NCBI GenBank assembly: GCA_048886185.1
Contig: JBHLKY010000006.1
Coordinates: forward strand, 177,067 to 209,066
Reading direction: 5' to 3'
Origin: Candidatus Hermodarchaeota archaeon
Lineage (GTDB): Archaea; Asgardarchaeota; Heimdallarchaeia; Hodarchaeales; Hodarchaeaceae
DNA length: 32,000 bases
Made by a program: the position numbers and the translations under genes. Numbering within the stretch: the first letter of the stretch is position 1; each line of letters starts with the position of its first letter. Of the stretch, positions 18,421-27,339 are shown one piece after another. Below the pieces are notes generated by a model. It was not told where the DNA came from and searched no databases. It saw only the letters and a list, made by a program, of their open reading frames with translations.

Positions 18421-19767
18421 TTATGTCAGATGTTTTTTAATTTCTTGTAATGTTTCTAAAAGGATTTTACTGTCTTTTTGCATATCTTGTAGTCCTTCCA
18501 ATAAAGACTGAGAATTTTTGTCGTATTGTGTCAAAAAATTTACAAACGGGTTAATGAAATCCTTCATTTTTTCTAACTGAACTATTCCTGATTGTGCTAC
18601 GGAAAAATCTCCTGTTTCAATGTTTTTCTCTGTTAAAGAACTTATACCTTTTAAAACTGTGTTAAAACTAGTTGCTAATGGCTGTATTTCTGAGGATGAG
18701 AGAGATTCTAAGAAGTCCATACTTTCTGATATGGACTCCCCTAATGGTTTAAGCTGATCTAACATTTTCTGAGCTTGTTTTTCCGATCTGATGGGAATGA
18801 GTGCTGCTCCTAAGGAAATCGAATTTTTATTTAACAAAACATCTTGATATTCAACATTAACTGGAATTTCTAATATTTGCTCTTCCATCCCTTCTCCGGA
18901 GGGATGGAGTAGTACAAATTCAGTTTGTGTATGAGCACCAGAGTCAAGTTGGGAAACAGAAATCGTTTCAGATCCCGTCACGACAGTAGTTATTTGGGGG
19001 ATTGTAATATTAGCTGATATTCCAGTTGCTATACCTTCCCCAACGTTCTCGATTTTAACGGTAAAGGTGAATTGTTCTCCAAAAATGATATCATGATCAA
19101 ATTCGTAAACAGCACGAATTGATGGAAATTTGACGGAATCCATTAATTTTTCTCTAGCGGTCTCTATAGCTCTTCTAATTCCCTCATAAAACATAGCTGC
19201 TGGTTTAGTATTTAGCAAATAGCTCTCTGTATAATTTGATGCCCGCTGAAGAGAACTAGGATTGGGATTTTCGGGATTTACCGCTGCAGCTAAGTCATAA
19301 GGAATATATAAGCAAGCTGTAGCCGCTTGGTTAACAGAAAAATCATGACTTTTGATAAAAACATCTAAATGTTGATTTACATTCCAATCTCCTGTTTGAA
19401 TCCTCAATAATGATGCTATTGCCATACACGCGGCCCCACCAAGTAGATCATCCCAGGAGATATGTTCCTGGGATGCTTTTGCGAGAGCATCTGCAGATGC
19501 TAGTAACCATTGATTTTCAGAGGCGACATCCAATAAAAATTGATTTATGAGTTGGGCACCTGAAAAAAATTGGTATGCAGCATTTTTATATTGTCCTCTG
19601 CCTAGAAGTTCCCGCGCGTATTTATCTACAAGAATAATGGTCTCTCGAGCTGCTCTAGCACGTTCAACAGGATCTTGAATGCTACTTAATGAGGCAAGGG
19701 CCTCTTGAACATCATTCGCTGTAGTAGATTTACTTAATCGTTCAAAAAGTTCGTTCACGAATGACAA
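18421..19767 (-). CDS. Hypothetical protein: helical (TPR/SNAP-like) N-terminus, Ig/CARDB-like domain, helical C-terminus
   Basis: Ala-rich helices over the first ~210 aa, then FTFTVKIENVGEGIATGISANITIP...IPVNVEYQD (CARDB-like), then a heptad-like tail. Confidence 0.75.
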   Translation of the reverse strand: MSFVNELFERLSKSTTANDVQEALASLSSIQDPVERARAARETIILVDKYARELLGRGQYKNAAYQFFSGAQLINQFLLDVASENQWLLASADALAKASQEHISWDDLLGGAACMAIASLLRIQTGDWNVNQHLDVFIKSHDFSVNQAATACLYIPYDLAAAVNPENPNPSSLQRASNYTESYLLNTKPAAMFYEGIRRAIETAREKLMDSVKFPSIRAVYEFDHDIIFGEQFTFTVKIENVGEGIATGISANITIPQITTVVTGSETISVSQLDSGAHTQTEFVLLHPSGEGMEEQILEIPVNVEYQDVLLNKNSISLGAALIPIRSEKQAQKMLDQLKPLGESISESMDFLESLSSSEIQPLATSFNTVLKGISSLTEKNIETGDFSVAQSGIVQLEKMKDFINPFVNFLTQYDKNSQSLLEGLQDMQKDSKILLETLQEIKKHLT

Positions 19768-20468
19768 ATTTTTTCATTCTCCTTAATTATGATTACTAAC
19801 TTGGTCTGAACGAGTTGTCCTCTTATTGACCTTAATGGTAGAATTTCACCTTTTTAATGCTTTGTTTTCCACCATACACATTTCTGTTTATAGTAAAGTA
19901 ACACAGTAAAAATGATAAAAGGTGAGAATCTAGAAGCGAAACTAATGATAAATCGGTGAAAAAAGAAGGATAGATCATAACAAGAGCGAAGGTGTACCTA
20001 GATGAAAAAGTAACTGTATTGAAGAAGGTATTAACCAAAGATGAACTCTAATTTTTAAGTTCTTTTCTAATCGAATCAGAAATCAAAGCAAAACTCAGAG
20101 AATATTCTAGAAACCACTTCTAAGTGCAGTTAGAGCTGGTAAAATAAAAGATTTAAGGTTTCATCCCATATTATAGAGTGTAATTTCGTTAAGGAGCAAA
20201 AAGATGATCTCGTTTGAATAGAACTGATTAATTTTTTTTTAATTTTACAATTCTAGCAAAATTTGTCTGAAATATGAAGCAATTTAGTTCAATTGTATAC
20301 CAAAAAATCCGAGCAGCTTCTTTTCAGAATTGATATTAATTTACACACCTTTAAAAGAAAACTTTAGTTACAGCGTTATTTGAAGAAACAACGCATAAGA
20401 TCCCCCCTCAAGTGGTACTCGTTGTTATTCAGCGCTATGAATTTTAACAACTAGATGGAGATATTATT

Positions 20469-21176
20469 ATGGTTTTCTTCCTTAGTCAAAAGGAAAATGA
20501 AATCCCTGATATTTTGAAAAGTGATCATGCAGCTAAAAAAGCTTACAATGAGATATTATCGGGACTTGAGAAAGCCCTGATGCTCTATATATATGATTCT
20601 GGACCCTACCCCCCAGATGAAGGAGTACAGATATTACCTTTTTCTGACTTATCGCACTGGGCTGAACAAGATTGGAAATCTTTATATTCAAAATTTGAAA
20701 AGAAAAGATGGATTGTAGTGTTTGTAGCTCGTGGAGGTTTTCAACTAATCGATCTTATTGAAAACAAAATCGATGATTTTACTTGGACATATATCAAACC
20801 AAAGACTGATCCTCGTGATTTCGAGGATGAAAGCATCTATTTAGAATATCGGGATCCAGTCTTTGATGAAAAATTTGCTGATTTCATGGAAGAGAATGTC
20901 TCAATCCTCTTTATCGAAGACATTATCTCAACTGGAGAGAATTTAGAGGCAGTTTTCGATCACACAATGGAAGTTGCTGAAGAATATAATGTAGAGGTTG
21001 GAGATGTTGTAACAATTGCTTTGATATCACGTGTACGAAACATTGGAACGATGCCAATATATGGAGTACAAACTGATATACAAATTGATCTCCGATGTTC
21101 TTGGGGAAATGACCTCGATGATAGAATTGATGCTCGTGATTTCTCAGAGAGTAAGGAATATGTTGATGACCATTAA
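20469..21176 (+). CDS. Type I phosphoribosyltransferase family protein
   Basis: VARGG loop and PRPP-binding motif ILFIEDIISTGENL; strongly acidic. Confidence 0.8.
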   Translation: MVFFLSQKENEIPDILKSDHAAKKAYNEILSGLEKALMLYIYDSGPYPPDEGVQILPFSDLSHWAEQDWKSLYSKFEKKRWIVVFVARGGFQLIDLIENKIDDFTWTYIKPKTDPRDFEDESIYLEYRDPVFDEKFADFMEENVSILFIEDIISTGENLEAVFDHTMEVAEEYNVEVGDVVTIALISRVRNIGTMPIYGVQTDIQIDLRCSWGNDLDDRIDARDFSESKEYVDDH

Positions 21177-21349
21177 GGATAGTTTATTTAAGATTACACA
21201 AATTAATATCGAAATATGATATGAAAATATAAACAGCTTTATCTGGAAAAAATTAGTTTTTTAAAGCCAAAAATCGCAAATAACCTAAAGAGTAAATTAA
21301 AGATAATGACAAAATTGTCTCATTAAAAGAAATTTCAGTCAACTATAGG

Positions 21350-22327
21350 ATGAATAAAGAAATGAGCATTGATCCAGCTTATATTAAATCCGCTATTGAA
21401 ACATTGGAGCTAATCCAACGTATTTTCACCTATTTAAAAGACAATAAAAAAGATAGTGAGCTTCCCAATTTCTTATCACAAATTGAAACCAAAGGCGAGG
21501 CAAGAGTAAAGTCGTCTTTAGGTCAGACTTTAGGAATAGATATTCCTATTGCCGATCAAGAAGGGAAACCAACTAAATATTGGGAAGGAGTTCGTGACAT
21601 GGCCAAACTAGCTCATAAACAATTATTAACACTTCAAGATTCTAACAAGTTTGTCCAATTTTTGGAGAAGACCCAGGCTAGTCTTTCCACTAGAATTGCC
21701 CCTGAAGAGAAACCTATATCTCCTCTTGAGGAAATGCTACAAGCAGAACCCCCTTTGAGAGAGGAAGCTCAACAAGCTTCTCCATTAGAGCACATGCTTA
21801 CAGAACCAGTTCCTTCACCGCCACCTGCCCCTGAACCCACACCAACACCTGTAGCTGAGCCTGTTCCAGCACCAAAACCTACCCCTAAACCCACACCAAC
21901 ACCTGCAGCTGAGTATGTTCCAGCACCAGAACCTAGCCCTAAACCCACACCAACACCTGCAGCTGAGTATGTTCCAGCACCAGAACCTACCCCTAAACCC
22001 ACACCAACACCTGCAGCTGAGCCTGTTCCAGCACCAAAACCCATTCCTGAGCCTATTCCAACACCTACTTACGAACCTACTCCCCAGACAGTACCTGAAC
22101 CGATTATACCAGACGTTCCTCCGCCTCCAGACAAATTTCAAGCTCTTAATGAGGCATTGAAAACAAGTGGCCTTGATCAGCCAACTGAAGAAGTAAGTGA
22201 ACCCACACCATCATTAACAAGCATGCTTTTACAGAAAGATGAAGCCAGTGATAAAGAAGAAGATGATATGTTGTCATTGTCACTTCGGGAAGCTCTGAAA
22301 ATCCTACGAGACGAAGATGAGGATTGA
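21350..22327 (+). CDS. Proline-rich repeat protein with helical N-domain and acidic C-terminal helix
   Basis: N-terminal ~110 aa helical (YWEGVRD), central P/T/A/E repeats, C-terminal DDMLSLSLREALKILRDEDED. Confidence 0.85.
   Translation: MNKEMSIDPAYIKSAIETLELIQRIFTYLKDNKKDSELPNFLSQIETKGEARVKSSLGQTLGIDIPIADQEGKPTKYWEGVRDMAKLAHKQLLTLQDSNKFVQFLEKTQASLSTRIAPEEKPISPLEEMLQAEPPLREEAQQASPLEHMLTEPVPSPPPAPEPTPTPVAEPVPAPKPTPKPTPTPAAEYVPAPEPSPKPTPTPAAEYVPAPEPTPKPTPTPAAEPVPAPKPIPEPIPTPTYEPTPQTVPEPIIPDVPPPPDKFQALNEALKTSGLDQPTEEVSEPTPSLTSMLLQKDEASDKEEDDMLSLSLREALKILRDEDED
21836..22042 (+). repeat. 54-bp coding tandem repeat (~3.8 copies; PTPTP(A/V)AE(Y/P)VPAP(K/E)P(T/S)PK)
   Basis: Units start at 21836, 21890, 21944 and 21998 (CCCACACCAACACCTG...), in frame within 21350..22327. 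Confidence 0.95.
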
Positions 22328-22338
22328 GGAAACCATAT

Positions 22339-23172
22339 ATGAGTGAAAAAAATATCATTCTTACTTGTCTTTGGAAAACTGATGATTTTATCGCCTCTGA
22401 TAGCCAAAGTCGTCCTTTAGATGACGAAGCTGCATTAATTATTGATGAAAACACCTCAAAAATAAGGGTCCAAATTCCTCGGCATTTTTCACTCATCATG
22501 AAAAAGATAATTGAACGCCGTGCCCAATCTATTGCCAAAAGTGGTTTCTTAGTTCCCAAAACTCAAGTAAGAATTGGTGCAGGATTTGATATTGAGATTT
22601 CCAAAGATGAAGTCATCCCAGAGGTTCTCCTGCAAGAAGGCCATAAATATTCATTAGATAGACCTACTCTTGCTTCAGAGGAAACTATTTCTGAGACTCC
22701 ACACCAACCAATAGTAGAACAAGAAGAAGAATATGTCCCCAGCTTTCTAACTTATGAAAAATCCATGCCAGAGACTCCTAGTCAGCCAAAAGTAAAGAAA
22801 GAGGAACCAGAATACATCCCAACGTTCTTAGCTCAAGAAAAAACGATACCTGAAACCCGTCCACATATTCAAGCAAAACCTATGGCCAGTATTCCTCAAA
22901 AATCTCCCCCTCCTGAAACAGTAGAAGTAACTAAGCAAGTTTCTGACGATACTGAAAGCATTGCAGGTCGTTTTATCATTGCTCTTGCTAAAACGGGGGA
23001 TGTGTATATTTCAAAACGAAATGATAATTTCTCTATAGAATATTCTGCTGGTGGAGTTGAATTTCGTGTCCAAAATGATGATATCGAAATATTATCAACT
23101 AGCCGCATCACCTCAGAAGATCAAACTTTACAGCAAGCAATTCTGTTTGCAACACGAAAAACTACATCCTGA
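22339..23172 (+). CDS. Divergent gelsolin-like domain protein with low-complexity linker and small C-terminal domain
   Basis: PLDDEAALIIDENTSKIRVQIPRHFSLIMKKIIERRAQSI aligns with DLANDNVFIIVDENARKIFIWKGEKAPVRRKFISAKSAQQM of the gelsolin at 29271. ATG 22339 (GAGG upstream) is preferred over TTG 22324. The CDS is confident; the fold call is moderate. Confidence 0.65.
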   Translation: MSEKNIILTCLWKTDDFIASDSQSRPLDDEAALIIDENTSKIRVQIPRHFSLIMKKIIERRAQSIAKSGFLVPKTQVRIGAGFDIEISKDEVIPEVLLQEGHKYSLDRPTLASEETISETPHQPIVEQEEEYVPSFLTYEKSMPETPSQPKVKKEEPEYIPTFLAQEKTIPETRPHIQAKPMASIPQKSPPPETVEVTKQVSDDTESIAGRFIIALAKTGDVYISKRNDNFSIEYSAGGVEFRVQNDDIEILSTSRITSEDQTLQQAILFATRKTTS

Positions 23173-23227
23173 TTAAGCTTCCAAGAGTTTTTGATAAAAA
23201 ACGAAGAAAAGATTAAAAAATTTAATT

Positions 23228-25510
23228 TTATAATACAATTTCGCGACTACGAGTCGTATATGTCATTAGTTCTTGGGAAAATAGCTCAACTAAGTTTTCG
23301 TTTGTTGTTATTACCCCGATAAGTCCTTCTTTATCTGGATGCTTGGGTTCTGGACAAACGAGTAACTCCTCAGCATCACGAATACACCCCCAAAAGTCTA
23401 CGGTGTCTAGCTGTTTCAATCTGAGATTAGCAGAAGACAAGATCTTCTTTAATGTTGACTCAGGAACCTTCCCGAAATCCCCTATGATACTCACTCGAGT
23501 CTTCATTGGCAACTTAGAAGCAATCTTCAGAGTTTGTAGCTCTGGCCGAGGCATAAGAATTGTTAACGAAGATTTAGCCCGTAAAGCTAAGTCTCGCAAC
23601 ATCATTATAATGGCAGTTTCTCCAATAACTAAACCACTTGAAAGAAACGAAGCCTCAACTTCTGAAAATTCAACTGATCGTGATAATTCGGATATTTTAT
23701 TGAGTTTTTGCTTCATTTCCTTAATAGAAAAGGTTAATGCGGATATTTCTTGTTCTAATTGTTGCTCAATTTTTGTAGTTTGGCTATTTAGTATTTCTTC
23801 TGTCTTTTTTAAAGTGGAGTTAAGACTTTGTAGTTGATTATCGGCAAAACTTACTGTGAAAGCATTAAAACTATTAACAAACAAATTAAATGCACTTTCA
23901 AGTTCAGATATCTCATCAATCATGCGTTTTAATACAATACTAAAATCATCAGCTTGTTTATCGATTTTATCGCGTATATCATTAAAACCATTTCTTTCCG
24001 CATCAAAAGCAGGTTTTTCTTCAAGAAAAGATTTTAGATTTATTATAAATTCTTCTGATGTCTCATGTACGAGGTTAGAGGTTCTATCGAGAAATTCTTC
24101 AGCTATCTCATCAATCTGTTGTTTGAAAATATCTACTTTTTCATCAAGTAAGGTTTGAATATCATCTATTTTCATTTTTATTATGTTGTTCTTAGAATCT
24201 AGAAAATCATGGAGGTTCATTTTGAATTCAGAGGATATTTTTCGTTTTATCTCTTGTAGGTCATGTGAAAGCTGTTTAACTTCTTCATCTAATACCTTTT
24301 GAAGTTCATTAAGCCCAATTTCGGTTGCTTGTACAATTTCAGTCTCTGTTTCATCCAAGGTACTATTTATTCCATTAATTTTCTCTAAGACCACTATACG
24401 TTCTCTAAGCACCTGTTGAATCGCTTTTCTATCTCGTTCTACTCCCATTAAATTTGAAATAAATGTTTCCTTTCCTTTAAACAATTTTCTACTCTGGATA
24501 TCGTCGATTGAATGTAATATCAATGGTTCCATATTATCAAGTGTTTTATCAAGTGTTTTAAATAAATCTCCCATTGAATCATCTATTTCCTTGTAGCTTT
24601 GTCTTATTTCAAGAAATTTTGACTTTTTTTGAACTGCATTCGATAGAAGGGTCTCAAGAAGAGAGTTTATCCTTTTCACTTTTTCTTCAAAGGTCTCTTG
24701 TATTTCAGTGCGATCACTGTCAAATCTATTAATTACCTCATTAACACTTGTAGAATGTTCCCTAAAATCATTATGGATTGTATCTTTTAACGAGGTAAAA
24801 TTTATCTTATATTCTCCTTTGTAATTTTTAATATCATCCTTTGTTGTTTGGGATATTATACTAAATTTTTGACTCATTTTCGCTGTGTAAGGATCGAACA
24901 CTCCTGGGATTTTCTTTAATTTCAATATATTTACTTCTATTATGTCCTCATTCAACTTTTTCAATTGTGCTATTGCCAGCTGAACCTTATCGTTCAGTTC
25001 CTCAAGGATCATCTGTGTTTTATCCTCTGAAGATTCAATAACCCATTTTAAATCATTTATTAGCTTTTTAAAATTCATGTTGATAGGAGCCAGACCCTGA
25101 GTAAAATCATCTTCAAGTTTTGATGTGTGCATCTGAATAGTTGCTGCTGTTTCAGCAAATAAATCAGAAAATTGTCTCGCCTGCACCTGAAAGGCATTTG
25201 ATGATTCTTTTCTAATATTAACAAGAGTAATAGGATCATAAGCAAGGAAAAATGCCTTCAAATATGGTTCCAAGGCAATGTAACGTCCAACTTTTCCTGG
25301 TATTCTTTTAGCTAATTTACTGCCCACTAGAACTTGGAGGGCTTCTTGGGTTGTTATGTAATCTAAGCCTGATAGTAAACTGACTTGCCCAAGAGTTGCC
25401 ATACCTAAAGAAAGTAAGCTTAAGTATACTTTCCCCTGATCTTCATCGATTAACCCAAGTATTGGAAGAATATCCTTAATTTCTTCTGAAGAAATCGTCA
25501 GTCCGACCAT
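23228..25510 (-). CDS. TrmB-family regulator: N-terminal winged HTH, ~500-aa helical/coiled-coil insert, C-terminal TrmB effector (PLD-like) domain
   Basis: LGLIDEDQGKVYLSLLSLGMATLGQVSLLSGL...LVGSKLAKRIPGKVGRYIALEP (TrmB HTH); C-terminal MLRDLALRAKSSLTILMP...IRDAEELLV...NENLVELF. Confidence 0.8.
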   Translation of the reverse strand: MVGLTISSEEIKDILPILGLIDEDQGKVYLSLLSLGMATLGQVSLLSGLDYITTQEALQVLVGSKLAKRIPGKVGRYIALEPYLKAFFLAYDPITLVNIRKESSNAFQVQARQFSDLFAETAATIQMHTSKLEDDFTQGLAPINMNFKKLINDLKWVIESSEDKTQMILEELNDKVQLAIAQLKKLNEDIIEVNILKLKKIPGVFDPYTAKMSQKFSIISQTTKDDIKNYKGEYKINFTSLKDTIHNDFREHSTSVNEVINRFDSDRTEIQETFEEKVKRINSLLETLLSNAVQKKSKFLEIRQSYKEIDDSMGDLFKTLDKTLDNMEPLILHSIDDIQSRKLFKGKETFISNLMGVERDRKAIQQVLRERIVVLEKINGINSTLDETETEIVQATEIGLNELQKVLDEEVKQLSHDLQEIKRKISSEFKMNLHDFLDSKNNIIKMKIDDIQTLLDEKVDIFKQQIDEIAEEFLDRTSNLVHETSEEFIINLKSFLEEKPAFDAERNGFNDIRDKIDKQADDFSIVLKRMIDEISELESAFNLFVNSFNAFTVSFADNQLQSLNSTLKKTEEILNSQTTKIEQQLEQEISALTFSIKEMKQKLNKISELSRSVEFSEVEASFLSSGLVIGETAIIMMLRDLALRAKSSLTILMPRPELQTLKIASKLPMKTRVSIIGDFGKVPESTLKKILSSANLRLKQLDTVDFWGCIRDAEELLVCPEPKHPDKEGLIGVITTNENLVELFSQELMTYTTRSREIVL

Positions 25511-25549
25511 TATCTTTACTTTCCAGTTTTAATAATCATTAAATTCTGA

Positions 25550-25568
25550 ATTAATGATAATCATTATC
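25550..25568. promoter_or_regulatory. Palindromic operator-like site resembling a Fur box
   Basis: ATTAATGATAATCATTATC matches GATAATGATAATCATTATC at 17/19 and lies 40 nt upstream of the TrmB-like start. Confidence 0.45.
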
Positions 25569-26196
25569 TCAAATGAAAGTGTTGTGATTTTTCAAAATTT
25601 TGAAGGTATATATAGAACTCATGTATTCACTTCCTGCGGATGATATAAGACATACTTTATTCTCTATTCACTAATCCTTTCATTATATATATTATTTCAG
25701 GTATCTAGTTACTCATTGAAACATGAATAAAGGCTTAGGGAGGATGATTTGGCGGAATGTCAAAACTATGTTGGGTAATAATATTGAAAGAAGGAAGTTA
25801 AATTTATTTTTCCAATATTCTTAATGGATACGAGAAATTTTAATTTGTGAAATATAGTCAGACCCGATTATATAGTGTCATCAAGGATATAGGAGGAAGG
25901 TATCAAGTCTATCAACCGTATTATCTTATCGGAGAAATTCTAGTGGAAAATAATTTCCTCTCCCTGATTTTCAACTCTGAGGGGAGTAAATTCTTAAGAA
26001 TCATATGAAAATACATGGAATATAGAATAGTAGCCTTCAGCATTCAGAATGGTTTGGAAGTGTTTAAAAAATAATCGAAAGAATGAGCTCATAACAGTAT
26101 TTAAGTATCTAATTTCTACTCCTGTTATTTAAAAACCTCACAATTTTTAAAATCCAGAAAACGAATGCAAATAGGAGCTGACTACAACTGCTACTT

Positions 26197-26751
26197 ATGA
26201 AAATCTGTTTGCTAGGAGACGGTGCAGTAGGGAAAACTGCTTTACGTGAACGGTATTTGGGCAAGCAATTCTCTAGTGGGTATGTGATGACAATAGGTGC
26301 AGACTTCGCTGTTAAGAAAACAAGAATAACGACAGAGGAAGGAGAAAAAGAAGTCAAATTTCAAATTTGGGATCTTGCAGGGCAGCCACGTTTCAATAGT
26401 GTCAGAGAACTTTACTATAAAGGTTCCCATGGAGGTTTACTAGTATTTGATATCACCCGACGAGATTCTTTTACCAATTTAAACGCTTGGATAGATGAAC
26501 TTTACAAAAATTCTGGAAGAGGAGCGATACCAGTCGCAGTATTGGGTAATAAGGTGGATTTAAGAGCTGACGTTGATGATTACGTCACCAGAGATGAAGC
26601 CTTAAAATATACTGAAAATCTAAAGAATAAATTTCAGTTTAATTGTAATATACCTTATTTAGAGACCTCAGCCAAAACAGGCGAAAATGTTGATGAATCT
26701 TTCATTAATTTAGCTTCTAGCATTAGATTATTCTTAACGCAACTGAAATAA
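26197..26751 (+). CDS. Rab-like small GTPase
   Basis: G1 GDGAVGKT, G2 MTIGADF, G3 WDLAGQ, G4 GNKVD, G5 ETSAK; no C-terminal Cys. Confidence 0.95.
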   Translation: MKICLLGDGAVGKTALRERYLGKQFSSGYVMTIGADFAVKKTRITTEEGEKEVKFQIWDLAGQPRFNSVRELYYKGSHGGLLVFDITRRDSFTNLNAWIDELYKNSGRGAIPVAVLGNKVDLRADVDDYVTRDEALKYTENLKNKFQFNCNIPYLETSAKTGENVDESFINLASSIRLFLTQLK

Positions 26752-26775
26752 CTCATATTTGAGAGCGACATCCGA

Positions 26776-27339
26776 TTGGTCACTATTCTTCGAATTGGTC
26801 ATCGTATAAAGCGAGATAAAAGGATAACAACACACCTAGCTCTTGTAGCTAGAGCTTTTGGAGCAGCTCGGTTAATTATTGCTGGGGATGAGGATATAAA
26901 ACTAATCAAATCGATTCAGAAGGTTAATTTGGAATGGGGGGGAAATTTCCAACTTAAAATGATTCCATATGACGAATGGAAGACTTTTGTAGAGGAATGG
27001 GGAAATGATGAAAATCATAAGATTGTTCATCTTACAATGTATGGAGAAAATCTTTCAAACTTTGAGCAATTAGAGGCCTTCAATAAAATAGAAAAACATT
27101 TAGAGAACTTATTAATTATTGTTGGGGGAAAAAAAATTCCCGGGAAAATTTTTCAATACGCAGATTGGAACATTGCAATTTCAAACCAACCACATTCGGA
27201 AGTTAGTTCTCTCGCAGTTTTTTTAGACCATATCAACTCAAATGCTTTACAGATTAATTACCCAAATGCTCTCAAACAGATCATTCCTTCATTAGAAGGA
27301 AAAAAAGGATACATTGGAAATCAACACAATGGTGATTAG
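26776..27339 (+). CDS. trm56: tRNA (cytidine(56)-2'-O)-methyltransferase aTrm56 (SPOUT)
   Basis: LRIGHRIKRDKRITTHLALVARAFGA, VHLTMYG, NQPHSEVSSLAVFLD. Confidence 0.95.
   Translation: MVTILRIGHRIKRDKRITTHLALVARAFGAARLIIAGDEDIKLIKSIQKVNLEWGGNFQLKMIPYDEWKTFVEEWGNDENHKIVHLTMYGENLSNFEQLEAFNKIEKHLENLLIIVGGKKIPGKIFQYADWNIAISNQPHSEVSSLAVFLDHINSNALQINYPNALKQIIPSLEGKKGYIGNQHNGD

Noticed and set aside
21836-22042. Repeat array as a possible CRISPR
   Set aside because: Contiguous in-frame units with no unique spacers, and no cas genes nearby.
21769-22559. Gly/Ala-rich, Cys/Trp/Arg-rich and His/Gln-rich ORFs in alternative frames
   Set aside because: Alternative-frame readings of the 54-bp repeat; the Pro-rich + frame is flanked by normal domains and fits the operon.
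23343-24158. + strand ORFs of 164 and 100 aa
   Set aside because: Antisense to the TrmB-like gene; typical shadow of E/K/L-rich coding sequence.
25511-26164. Long intergenic region as a possible tRNA/ncRNA locus
   Set aside because: AT-rich, with no T-loop (GTTCRA) cloverleaf or extended GC stems found; only weak hairpins.
27121-27145. aTrm56 motif reads GGKKIP instead of the usual GAEKVP
   Set aside because: The other hallmark motifs are intact; there is no basis to claim loss of function.
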